Made by a program: the position numbers and the translations under genes. The notes beneath the pieces were generated by a model that saw nothing but the letters and a program-made list of their open reading frames with translations, was not told the origin of the DNA and searched no databases. A stretch of DNA of 64,000 nucleotides, from the NCBI GenBank assembly GCA_044892525.1, contig CM097886.1, forward strand, positions 15,004,001-15,068,000, read 5' to 3'. Source of the DNA: Schmidtea polychroa. Taxonomy: Eukaryota. Shown one piece after another: positions 1-12,132 of this stretch; the first letter of the stretch is position 1, and each line of letters starts with the position of its first letter.

Positions 1-1049
1 CGAAAAATAAAAGTTTTTTCCTTTATAGAACTGATTGCGAAAAGGAATTGTTAAATAAAGTTCAGCCTTATTGTAACTGTATAACTTTTGATTCAGATAT
101 AAACCAAATATTTTACGACTGTGTGTGACGGTGTTGATTTGTATAAATACCTGAGACCCATTCTATTATTATATATCATTCCATATTTTTTGTGCTTTAT
201 TAATTTATATGCTCTTACAGCGGTGTATTTCAGTGGAACGGTGTATTTTGTTTTCATTTGGTAACGAATTGATTTGTAAATATTGTGATTGTAATTACTA
301 ACTGGAAAATATTTTCACAAATTTAAATACACTGTGAGTGCTGTTTTGGTAAGCTTTAAATAGATATGTATATTTGTTCTCTCATTTATTGATTTATCTG
401 ATGTTTTAAAATTTTAATGAAAAACTAACGCTAGATTTGTATTTTCAATACTGCCAAATTTTTCATTGTATTTAGAATATATAAATTTTTTGTTTTGAAA
501 TCTTCATATTTTTTGTATTAAGCTACTCAATGTCTTAGGTAGAACTTCTCAAAGGGGGGGGGGAGTCACAAAAATTTAGAAAGCTGTAAATATTTGAACT
601 CTAACTTTGAAATATAGATTTTTAGAATTTTTTAATTTTTCCATCCGAAGTGCCATAAACGAGTTAACTCGCTATACTTTGATTCTTAACCAGTGCTCCA
701 CCTAAAAATTAAATTAAAGTTATGATATATTAATTTTGTAAAAGTTTGTGATCGTATTAAACGTCACTATTTGAACATAAATTTTTGTGTACTTAGAAGT
801 AAATATGCTATTCGGTTTTTTTATAATTGAATCGGTTTTTAAGAAATATTAAAAAATTGATTGAGGAAGTATCTTGCGTGCTTTCAGGCTCAAATATCAC
901 ATTAAAATTTTAAGAATAAGTATTGTTGTTTTTAACAATTAAATTTATTTATTTAGTTTATATTATTGTTATATATCATTGTTATTTAATTTGAATAAAT
1001 ACAAAATTTGCCATTAAAATCAATATAATTATTGGAAGTGATATATAAA

Positions 1050-3240
1050 TTCTGATGCTCGGGCTTGTTATTAGGATGTCGTCCAGATAAGCGATTGTGT
1101 TTTTATTGTTTGGTCCATGAATCGTTGGAATGTGGCTGGGGCGTTTCGTAAACCAAAAGGCATTCTATTGTACTCGAACATTCCTATCGGTGTTGTTATT
1201 GCTGTCTTTTTGACGTCTTCTTTTCTAATTGGTATTTGGTAATATGCTTTTTGCAAATCTGTTTTTGAGAAGTATTTGACGCCGTTTATTCGGTTTATTA
1301 TGTCTTTTATTATAGGTAATGGGTAGCTGTCTGGTTCTGTTATTTTATTCAGAAGTCTGTAATCGCCGCAAGCTCTCCATTCGCCATTAGCTTTTTGTTT
1401 TAGCATCAGAATTTGAATGTCTGACTATGTTGTTTTCCAGTAGTTCTTGGAAAATTTCTTTTGTGATGTTTGTCTTTTGTGGGTCTAGTTGTCTGACCTT
1501 TGAGTGTACTGGGTTTCCATTGTTTATGATGGCGTGCTCGGTTGAATGATTTGATTTTCCGTCGAAAGTTACTGGTTCGCAGAGTTTGTCGTATTTTGTC
1601 AGAAGTTATTTCAGGTACGTGTTCAAATGTTTTGATAGTTTTAATATTTGGTGTGCTTGTTGGTTTCTCTGTCTGTTGTGAGATTTTTAATTAATTTTTT
1701 GTTTCTGCAGTCCACCATTAAGGTGTGCTAGAAAATCAGCTCCTATTATTAATTGTTGTACTTCTGCGATTGTGAATGACCAGTTGTATTTTTGTGAATT
1801 TATTGTTAAGGTTAGTGTGTGTTGGCCGTATATTTTTATGCTGGAGCCATTTGCAGCTGTTAGTGATTTTTCTGTTGTTTTTGCGTTTTTGTAGATGTAG
1901 TGGGGTAGTAGTGATATTACAGAGCCTGTGTCAATTAGAAAATCAGTGTTATTTGTGTGCACCAAAAATGTATTGTTTTCGTCACTGAATGTGGGTGCTA
2001 TCAACAGTGACGGTTTTAGTTTTCCTGTTCAATCTTGTGATATGCTTTGTTATATGCTTTGTCGCCGAATTTGTTATGGAAGTAGCAGTAGTTTTTGTTG
2101 ATAAACTCGCTTCTTGATTCTTTTTCTGGGCTGTTGTTTCGGTAGTTGTTGTATCGGTTCCGGGAGTTTGATCGGTTTCTGTAGTGATTGTTTGGGGATT
2201 GTCTGCGGCTGTAGTTCGATTATAGTTTTGTCTGTTATGATTATTTGATAGTTGGTTTGTGTTGAAATTGTTTCTGTTGAACAGGTCACTGTTTTCGTTT
2301 GGATTGAAATTTTGCCTGTTGTATTTCTCTTTTATTTCGGCTAGTTCCGCTTTTATTTGTCTATTTTCTACGAATATTTCGTCGAATTTACTAATAAAAA
2401 TGTTTATTAGTTGGTTTGTTGTTTCGTTTGATTTAGTATTTTGGTTGTTTATCTGGTTGTTGTAATTTGTTTTATTTCTATTGTAGTTTTGGGTACTACA
2501 AATTGTAGGGTAGATTTCTTCCTTTATTTTGTCAGCTAAGTCAGCAAGTGTTTCGACATCAGCGTTGCTGCTAGGGCTAGGATTCGTCTGATTTCCGGTG
2601 GCATAGCGCGCATGAAGAATTCTTTCACCAATTAGTTGGAACCGGAGTTTGTTATGTTTCGCTGTAAATACTCCAGTTTTTGTTTTAATTGTCGTAGGAA
2701 ATTTGTAGGCTGGTTGTCCCCTAACTGTCTATTGTTGAGGCATGACTCTCGCATTTGCCTTTTGTTGACCTTGTTTTTGTTGGTCAGTATGTTAGACAGT
2801 TTTTTAAAAGGGTCGTCGCCTTTTGATATTTCATCAATTTGATCGGCGATTTCGTTTAATTTGTTGCTTGGTAGTACCGCTATTATGTTGGAGCATAGGG
2901 ATTTTGTTGATTTGACTCCAGATAGCGTTAAGGTTAGTTTCGCGAATTCTAACCATTTTTGTGGTGTTCCGTTTTCATCTGTGAAATAGTTGGGGATGTT
3001 TGTTTTCGGATTTATTATTGAATTAATGGTATGTGTGTTTTCTGTGATGGTGTTTGGGTTGTAGTAGTAATTAGTGCTTTCCGAGGTTTGAGTATTTTCG
3101 TAGTTGTTGGGTATTTGTGGAATATTTGTTGGGTTTATTTGATTTGATGCCTTTATTTGATTTGTTGCTGTTTTTTGATTGATTGTAGTGCAAATAAAAT
3201 AATAGTTTATTTGAAGGATATGGCCTACTGTGTTCGGCAA
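1050..3240 (-). mobile_element. Degenerate Ty3/Gypsy retrotransposon fragment (gag - protease - RT), truncated just after the RT active site
   Basis: Gag-like ORF 2632-3240 (P..W..F, LGD.QPT.FL), protease FLIDTGSVISLLP (1687-2004), and RT WRACGDYRLLN / FSKTDLQKAYYQIP / MPFGLRNAPATFQRFMD (1071-1406). A YLDDIL motif lies in a shifted frame at about 1069-1092. Frameshifts are present; no RNase H or integrase. Confidence 0.9.
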
Positions 3241-3478
3241 ACAGTTTCACTAGCCTTTATCGTTCTATAATAACCATACTGAAAGGTTTCGTAATTGAAA
3301 AAAACGTCGAATGAGAGTCTCTATGTGTGTTATTTCGGTGATATTGTATTCCATACGTGTAATATATTCGTGTTAGTGAGTGTGTATGTGTGAGGAAATC
3401 TGGAGAGCCCGATAGATGTGGCGGGACAATCGGGGTGCGTGTTGTGTAGGGATGTTATGACTATGAGTAAACAAAATA

Positions 3479-3637
3479 AAATTTAGACAGTGATACAACG
3501 AAATCACAAAAGTATTATTAAAATAAAATTAGTTATATGAACAAACGAATAAAAACGAATAAAAACACAATTTAGATAGTATTGCAACGAAATCACCAAA
3601 GTATTATTAAAATAAATTAGTTTTATGAACCAACGAA
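3479..3637 (+). repeat. Diverged tandem duplication (two copies of about 70 bp, period about 90 bp)
   Basis: aatttagacagtgatacaacgaaatcacaaaagtattattaaaataaaattagttatatgaac recurs as aatttagatagtattgcaacgaaatcaccaaagtattattaaaataaattagttttatgaac. Confidence 0.65.
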
Positions 3638-4026
3638 CAATGTAAAACTCCAACTTTATTTAAAAAAAATTGTAAAACCTTAGAGAGGGAACGAATGTTA
3701 ATAATTCGTTAATTTCGGCGAATTTACTTTATTGGATTAATTCGAGAATCTTCTTTTGACGTTTGAAAGAAATAACGGATGGTAGAATAAATATTGTAGA
3801 ATGAATTTCTTTTTGATTGAAACATTGGGATAAGATTTTGACTTTCAGTTTTCTTTTTTATTGAATTTTTTTATTTGTCGATATTTGTATAGCGATAATT
3901 TACCATAGTAAATTATTGCTATATTGTATTTTTTTATTCTTTTTCCATTGCGACCTGCACTAAAATAACAAGGCGTCGCAAAACCTTGTTTAAAAATAAA
4001 TAAAATATATAACTGTACATTACAAT

Positions 4027-7000
4027 TAGGGCTTGCAATACCGGGATCCCGGAAACCGGGATCCCGGTATTACCGACATTTTTAATACCGTTCAATACCG
4101 GTATTAATGACCACTTAATACCGGTATCCGGTATTAAATTTTTTTGCTGTAAGTTAACATTCATATCATTTTTATTTAACTATTTTATTTTTTATAAGTA
4201 ATTAGCATATGTTTAGGTGTTGTCATGTTTAAAGATTAAATCTAATTTTGAAATTTACGTACAGGTGGCCCATCTGAAGTAATTTGTTTTTTTTACATTA
4301 AGAAAGAGCCTTTTTGTACGTTAATTTTTCTAATACTAAAAAAATACTAAAAAAGACACAAATTCACATAGCAAGCCGTTTTTATGGGAAATTATTGTTT
4401 TCTATTTTTCCAAATTTTCAATATTGAAGCTATGTTTTTTATTTTATAAAGAATAGTTAGTTAGTTCAGTTGTAAAGTTTTTGAAAATTTAGAGAATTGT
4501 GTTTGTGTATAATATAAAAGTTAAAAAATATTTAAAATCATAATTATAATCATTAATTCAATTGATAAATAGCTGATAGGTAAAGGTAAGTTAAAAGTGT
4601 GAAAATTAATTATTGTATAAGTAAAATTTTTATTTTCTATATATTTATATAGATAGCGGCGCTATCATAGCGCACTGCTGCGGGTTTTTTAAAAATTAAA
4701 AATAAATAAAGAATAGCAAGATTTCTGCCGTTTTAATAAGTGGGTACAAATATTCAAAAAATTCTGTAATTTACTTAGTTAAAACGCTGTTTTTTTTAGC
4801 CATGGAAAACTATGTTTTTGAGGAAAAATCAGCTGATGAAAATTCCGTATGGTTCTATTTTCTTCGTGAGAAAAAGGGACAAATTTCAAAATGTAAGAAG
4901 TGTAACAAAGTAATAAAGACGCAAGGAGGTAGTACAAGTGGTTTGCATACCCACCTAAAGACACTCCACCAAATTAATTTAAAAAAAAGGAATGCTCCGA
5001 GCTCCAACTTTCTGATTGAAATTGAGCCAGAACCATCAACTTCTAAAGTGAACAAAGTTTCTAGCGGGAAAATAACAACATTTTTCGTTTCGGAAACGGA
5101 CAATTCTTTGTCTGCAGTTTTAGCTCGTATGACGGCATGTGACGGTTTGTCGTTTAACATATTTTGCACTTCCGTGGATATCAGAAAAGGTTTAACTGCC
5201 AGAGGGTATGAAAATATACCAAAATCTATAAACTCTATAAAAAATTTAGTTGTGCAGTACAGTGAAAAAATTCGTGCAAATATGATTAAAGAGTTAGAAT
5301 CTCAAATTCTTTCGGAACAACGATTTAGTCTTACATTTGATGAATGGACATCGGTAAAAAACCGATGTTATTTAAATATAAATGTTCATGCTGGCATCAA
5401 GAAATTCTGGAACCTAGGATTAGTTCGCGTGCAAGGATCATTGCCTGCAGAAAAGTATGTTGCCCTCGTTGAAGAAAGGCTTAAATTATTCCAAGTTTCT
5501 TTAAATAAACACATTTTGTGCATTACAACCGATGGTGCATCTGTCATGACCAAAGCTGGAAAGTTGATTTGTGCAAGGAAACAACTTTGCTTAGTTCACG
5601 GAATTCAATTGGCTGTCATTAAGGTTTTATATATAAATATGATACACCAAAATTTAGAAAATGAACATTCTAATTGTAACGAAGATGATAACCAGTATAC
5701 AAGTGATGAAAATGATAGTGATCTTGATGATAATAGTTTATCCATACTTCAAGAAAATAATGCAATTGACTGTTTAATTATTCATGAACAGATAGGTCCA
5801 TTGATTAAAAAAATAAGAAAGGTTGTGAAGCTATTCAGACGTTCGCCAATGAAAAATGATAAAGCTTTACAGAAACATGTTAAAGAACAATTTGGAAAGG
5901 AACTGAATTTAATTATAAATTCTAAAACACGTTGGAATAGCTTACTTGCCATGTTAGAACGCTTTGTCCAGTTAAAGAACTGCATACAAAAGACTTTGAT
6001 TGATTTAAATTTAAATGCCAAAATATCATTTTCGGAAATTGATTTTTCTTTAGCATCATCAGTTATTTCAGTTCTTCTTCCAATCAAATTAACTGTTGAA
6101 GCTTGTTGTCGTCAAGATGCTACTCTTCTTAGCGCAGACGCAGCTTTACTATTTATGTTTAATCAATTGACAGAACAGAATACTGCTTTAAGTAATGAAT
6201 TCAAAGAAGAGCTAATTAATCGTATAAAACAAAGGCGTACTGATTTATCGAGTCTACTACAATACCTGCACAATCCTACTGAATCAGCAGATGACGACCA
6301 AAATGAAATTTTTAATCGAATTAACAACGCAACAATCATAAAAATAATTATAAATTTATTGGAACGCTTATATACTATCGATGTCATCGATATTGAAAAC
6401 ATAGGAGCCTCTTCCATCGACGTTTCTGAGTTATCTGCTGATTCTGAGCCAGAAATTCTAAGTTCGATGACAATGAAAGAAAAACTAGAAATGGCAATTT
6501 CCAAGAAAGTTGATGTAATGAATACTGCGAGTGGAATTTCAAAAACGATGAATTCTAAAGTACTTTATAAAGTTATAAAACAGGAACTAGCATACTTCGA
6601 AGTAGAACATATTAGAGGAAAATATCTTCAACTAGTATATGACTGTCTTATGTCCATACCACCAACTAGTGTCGAGTCCGAAAGAGCCTTTTCAGCAGCA
6701 TGGCTCTTGTGCACAAAAATTCGATCCAGCTTAAGCGACAAAACTCTTGATAGTTTAACATTTTTGAGGGCATATTTTAAAGCCAAATCACAACAATAGG
6801 ACATAGGACTTATTATTCTTATATATTATTAATTATATTATTACTCTTTTTTTATTTTATATTTTTTTTGTCTTTTGTGACACTTTAAAAAAAAAGTTTA
6901 TTGTTTCGAATTATTCGTTATTGAATTAAATATTTTATTTTCTTTATAAATATTTTTTTTTCTATTTTTTGCGGTGTAGTTTTGCTTTTTTTTTCTTAAA

Positions 7001-7089
7001 TACCGGTATTAATACCGGGATCCCGGTATTAATATAATGAAATACCGAAATACCGGTTTTGAAAATTTGATCCGGTATTGCAAGCCCTA
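4027..7089 (+). mobile_element. Full-length autonomous hAT DNA transposon (3063 bp)
   Basis: Perfect 18-bp TIRs TAGGGCTTGCAATACCGG (4027-4044 and 7072-7089), perfect 8-bp TSD ATTACAAT (4019-4026 and 7090-7097), subterminal ATACCGGTAT/CCGGGATCCCGG palindromes, uninterrupted transposase ORF. Confidence 0.97.
4802..6799 (+). CDS. hAT transposase, 665 aa, ZBED-like
   Basis: BED finger (WFYF...CKKC...GSTSGLHTHLKTLH), catalytic motifs LTFDEWT, ITTDGASVM, C..H.IQL, TRWNS, and C-terminal dimerisation motif PPTSVESERAFS. No stops. Confidence 0.95.
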   Translation: MENYVFEEKSADENSVWFYFLREKKGQISKCKKCNKVIKTQGGSTSGLHTHLKTLHQINLKKRNAPSSNFLIEIEPEPSTSKVNKVSSGKITTFFVSETDNSLSAVLARMTACDGLSFNIFCTSVDIRKGLTARGYENIPKSINSIKNLVVQYSEKIRANMIKELESQILSEQRFSLTFDEWTSVKNRCYLNINVHAGIKKFWNLGLVRVQGSLPAEKYVALVEERLKLFQVSLNKHILCITTDGASVMTKAGKLICARKQLCLVHGIQLAVIKVLYINMIHQNLENEHSNCNEDDNQYTSDENDSDLDDNSLSILQENNAIDCLIIHEQIGPLIKKIRKVVKLFRRSPMKNDKALQKHVKEQFGKELNLIINSKTRWNSLLAMLERFVQLKNCIQKTLIDLNLNAKISFSEIDFSLASSVISVLLPIKLTVEACCRQDATLLSADAALLFMFNQLTEQNTALSNEFKEELINRIKQRRTDLSSLLQYLHNPTESADDDQNEIFNRINNATIIKIIINLLERLYTIDVIDIENIGASSIDVSELSADSEPEILSSMTMKEKLEMAISKKVDVMNTASGISKTMNSKVLYKVIKQELAYFEVEHIRGKYLQLVYDCLMSIPPTSVESERAFSAAWLLCTKIRSSLSDKTLDSLTFLRAYFKAKSQQ

Positions 7090-9290
7090 ATTACAATAGT
7101 AAATGATGATAATCAGAAGATAATAATTCCGCAGAAGATAGCGTCAAAAGTCGTACAGCATATGCACAAAGAACTCTGTCATTTAGGAGTTAAGAAAACA
7201 ACAAATTATATGAACGATTATTTCTTTTGGATACACATGGTGACCGATATACGAGATATTATAAAAAAATGTGATATATGCATGAAAAGGAAAGTTTTAA
7301 CAAGTAAAACAGCTGAATATTTAATTCCTAGAGTAATAATGAACTCGATTGAACAAATTGTAATCGATATTGCTCATATGAAGGAAACCAGAAACCGAAA
7401 CCGTTATTTAGTAATAATAATGGATCAGTTCAGCAAGATGGTTAGTTTAACGCCTACTCAGAACGAAGATGAAAAGACTGTATATCGTGTACTTTAACAC
7501 AATTGGATATACAAATTCGGTAAGCCAGCTTACATTGTTTCAGTTAGAGGTAAGGTTTTCGAGGGGAGTAAAATCAAAGAGTTAGTTGATAATTTTAACA
7601 TCGAATGGATATTTACTTCGCCTTATGATCATAAGTCTAATGGTTTAGTAGAACGGGAACTACGAACAGTTCGTGATATGATCGTGACATTTTTGAGTGA
7701 TGGTCGAACTGAAGGGTGTTGGAACGACATTATGCGAAATTTTGAATATTCCCTAAACTCAACAATACAGAATTCTACGGGATTTTCACCAATGGAAATA
7801 CTATTTGGAAGAAAGGTTAATATACATGGAAAGAATTCATTCATAGAAAGAGATGTGAAAGATACAGAGGTAACGGAAGAAGAAAATAATGTAATAAGGA
7901 AAGTAAACGATTCATAAAAAAAAGATTTTGCAGAATAGAAAGAGACAAAATACAAATACTCACATAAGATGAATGGAAATATGATATTGTTAGTTATGAT
8001 AAAATGCAAGGCCGACCAAGTATAACTATTAGAATACAAGACCAGAATATGGAATGCTTGTTCGATACAGGAGCTAGAGTAAATATAATGAGTTGGAGCA
8101 AATTTGAGAAACTTAAACTAACAACAACGGTTAATTCGTTGAGATGTGCAAATAATAGTGTTTTAGAATCGAAAGGTAAATTAGAAATAGGAATAAATGG
8201 CAGGAAAAGAAGGGTAACGTTTACGATAGTAAGATGTATGACTCCAGAGGTAATTGGTGGTATAGAGTTGCATAAAAAATTTGGTATGCAACTAAAGTTG
8301 CCAGTAGAAGAGATGGAGAAAACGAAGCAAGAGCACATATGCAGTATCGAAGCCAAATTTGGGAAGACAATAACGGAGATGGGACGATTTCAAAGAGCAA
8401 AGAATACTTTAAAGATAAATAACCCGATACTACTAAACATTATAAAAAAGAATCAAAGTGTTTTTATGACTGATAAATGGGACATTGGCTGCACAAAGCC
8501 ATTGAAGCATAAAATAGAAACTTAAGGAAAACCGCTAAATATTCAACCTTGACAACCAGTCAACTTGTAAGGTAAAATAGATGAAGCGATAAAAAATTTA
8601 TGGGGAAACAATATTATCAAAATGTGTAATTCGCCATGGGACACTCCATTAATATGCGCCTGGAAGAAAGAAATGCAAGATATCAGATTATGTCTTGATT
8701 TCAGGCAATTAAACCTAGTAACAGAGACAGGCATTCCCTATCCGAATATAGCAGAGATGTTAGATAGATTGGGTGAAGTAAAGTATTTCAGTTCGATAGA
8801 TCTTGGAAATGCATATTATCAAGTAGAACTAGAAGACGAATCATAGTTAAAAACGGCGTTTTTAACCAAATCAGGTCAATACTGTTTTAACAAAATGCCA
8901 TTTGGAATAGCAGCGGCACCAGGTACATTTCAGGAACTGACGGGAAAAGTATTAACGGGTACAAGATATGCAGCGGTATATCTAGACGATATTTGGATAT
9001 TTAATGAAACGAGCAATCATTACTACGAAGTCTTAAATGAAGTGCTGGATAAAATTGGAAAGGCGGGTCTTAGGATAAACCCTGAAAAGTGCCATATCCT
9101 TAAAGAGGAAGTCAAATCTTTAGGTCATATAATCAACAAAGATGGAATACAGGCGGACCCGTCAAAGCTAGACGCGATTATATCATTTGAAAAGCCAAAA
9201 TGTGTTAAGGATCTGAGAAGCTTCCTATGAATATGTAATTACTACAGAAGATTTATAAAGGAATACGGAAAAAAGGCAAGAGTTTTAACA
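7090..9290 (+). mobile_element. Degenerate Ty3/Gypsy pol remnant: integrase, then protease, then RT
   Basis: HHCC (HKELCHLGVKKT...CDIC) and core integrase (VIDIAH, FGKP.YIVS, SNGLVER, TGFSPMEILFG) at 7090-7917 in one frame with one stop. Protease CLFDTGARVNI (8004-8525). RT SPWDTPL, LCLDFRQLN, SSIDLGNAYYQ, MPFGIAAAPGTFQ, YLDDIW, ending at LRSFL(G)ICNYYRRFI. Confidence 0.9.
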
Positions 9291-9951
9291 ACAAAAAATT
9301 AATTAGGACTGACATATGCCAGAGACATTCTTGGAAGAAAAAATTTGCCAGTGGATTTCTTTTGTAATGCAGAATGTGACCCACAAATTTTTAGAAATAC
9401 TTTTTCCAGGGGTACTTATATGCCGATATTGAAATACATACGAAGCGGACACGTAGTTGCCAACTGACTACAGACAAGTTTGCATTGGCGTCCAATAAAT
9501 ATAGAACTCTTTCGTGGAAAGTTTCAGGAAGTATTACAACGCTACTGAAAATCTTACCATTCACGAACAGTTATTCCCCACAAAGGCCTGTTGTCGTTTC
9601 AATCAGCCAATCGTCAAACAAGCCTCCGTACCGTATGAATATTTCAATGACGATTAGTAATGAATTTAGTATACAGTCGGGTATACAGTCGGTTGTCTGA
9701 AACAGTCGTGTTTTGCTTCAAGGCGTTACCCCGACTACAGAACATCACTATTAACGATAACACTGCCTGAAAGTCAAGCTTCCTTCTCTGAGTCATGATA
9801 GGTAACACCCCTTAGAACTCCAACAATAATTTGATTATGGTCCATCGTATGTAAATACTACCAGTAATCATTCTTAATTTTATATTATTAATTATTTATT
9901 TTATTTATTACTTTATTATTTTCGAGTTGGCAGATTTTTTTGTAAGTCACT

Positions 9952-10016
9952 TGAAAAAGGCAGTGCCGAAAATTTTTGAATAAAAAAAACATCGATATAT
10001 TTATTGATTTATAGTC
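9952..10016 (+). repeat. Dispersed ~65-bp repeat, copy 1 (copy 2 inverted at 36267-36330)
   Basis: tgaaaaaggcagtgccgaaaatttttgaataaaaaaaacatcgatatatttattgatttatagtc matches the reverse complement of 36267-36330 with about 6 differences. Confidence 0.7.
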
Positions 10017-12132
10017 AAACTTTTTAATAAATACAATATCAATTGAAAGGAAATCAGTAGGGAAATTTGAAAAAGTTCATATAATATATATAACTTGGTT
10101 ATTTTACATGGCGTCACGAACTAGTTTAGACTTTGCAAAATAAGTTTACACTTCCACGTCTTATCGAGATGTTGTCTAGTGCCTTACATAGATGATGATG
10201 ATTTAGGGAAACTAGCAAACATTTCAAATTTAGTTCAAATGTAAAATATATTCCATAAAGCAACTTTTAAGTTGTAACTTTTTTCTAAAAAATGCATCAG
10301 TGTGGGGAATTTTCATCCAAAACACTCCCTTTGACTACACCATTGACTCTACAATTATGTTCAATTCGTAATTTAAAATTTAAAATCAATTTTTTAACTT
10401 AAAATTATGTATGTCTTTCATTTTATTTATTCAGTGAACATAGAAATTTCACAATAATACTCTTTAAAATATAAATTTAAACAGGATTTTAACAGTTTAA
10501 AGTTTTGTTTTAAGTTTCACTTTGTATTTGATATTTAATGGTTTATATTTAAAAACAAAAGCAATGTATCAATCGTGATCTGTAAGTAATCGTAGTTGTG
10601 TTTAATCAATATCAGAAAACCTTAATAATCTCAGGTATGAGTATTACTGTATGATAAAATATTTTTCAATAATTTCATTTTTTATTTAAATTTAATAAGT
10701 TACCTTTAATATAAATTATGATATTCATTCTACTTAATATTCGCAAAACATAAGTAATAAATGAAGTTAACTGAATTATGCAATATAATAGAATATTATC
10801 CTTTGTATGATACGCTTAATTTTATCTGGTATGCAACTGACCTTACTAAATAGTTGCAGTATGTTCACGTGTTACTTGGTTCTTCAGCAGAATTTCATTC
10901 TCATAGTTATTTACAAATAATCTATGATTTTCCCTTAAATTAGCACCATCGAAATATAAAAAAAGTTTCGGTTGCGAATATATAGATTAAAGATAATTGT
11001 TAAGTTTATTTAAATTTTAGGAGTGTTGAATCTGTCGAAAAAGAACCTAATGTCATAATATACTGCAAATCTAAATGACAAATAAAAAATTTTACAAAGT
11101 AAATCTGCAGTATTTCACTCAATCACATTTTGATATTTGGATTTTGTTCTAAGTGATTTCACATTGAATTCAATTGTTTATTAAAATTGAAAGCAAATGT
11201 TAAATTATATAAGTTATCTAATTAATATAGTATTTCTTTAATAGGAAGTTCCGAGAAAATCTTTAAAAATTTTTATTTAATTTTGTTATTAACCAGCTTA
11301 AACACCACAGATAATAAACCATAATATATATCATAGTCAGTGGAGGTTTATTCCGCAAGCGGATATATACGTCATACTCATTATCTGAAAAAAGCAAAAC
11401 AATAAATAGAATACAAGTTGATTGACACGACCTCCACTAACGCCATATTGCGGATATAAGTTCAAGTTCGCTATAAGAAAATTTCTAGTTACTTAGCTCT
11501 TCGAACAACTGGAAAATAAAATCCTTGAAATATTTGGTAATTATATAAGATCCAAGAATTGATAGTTGGTAAAATATGGTATGTAATAGAAAACTTGTAA
11601 AGACCATCTGCGAGAATTTGATTTGACACTACATTCTCTTCCATACTTGTTACAATTACTTGGCTGGTGGGAGGTTGATATTGAAAATATTGTAGATCGT
11701 TGTAACCAACGCAACCTATCAAAAAGGAAATTATGTTAGTAATCGGATCACTTTGATACGCGTTGCCTAGAACCATTAGTCACGCACCAAATGAATGTTA
11801 GTCAGCGAAAAGCGAGCACACTATTGGGGTACTGCTAATGTTCTAGCGTACCTACTGGTCCACGCACTGTTGATGGGCGGCAAGCGCCCGGTCTCTTTTA
11901 TTTCTATCCCCTTAACGCAAACTATTTGGCTATCACGGAAATACACATTCGCGCTATTATGGTTCTTTCACAGCCAATAATAGAAAACCCAGTTTATCTA
12001 AATTATACATTTATTGATGCTTCATAAAAATTCATTTACAAGATATTTGCTTATATTAAATTGAATATTATAATTTGCAAAATTAACCGACTTGTCATAA
12101 AGAAAATAACCTTAAAACAAAATATTTATTTT

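Noticed and set aside
3245-3475. 5' LTR of the minus-strand Gypsy
   Set aside because: Position and composition fit, but no convincing TG...CA pair, PBS or second copy is visible.
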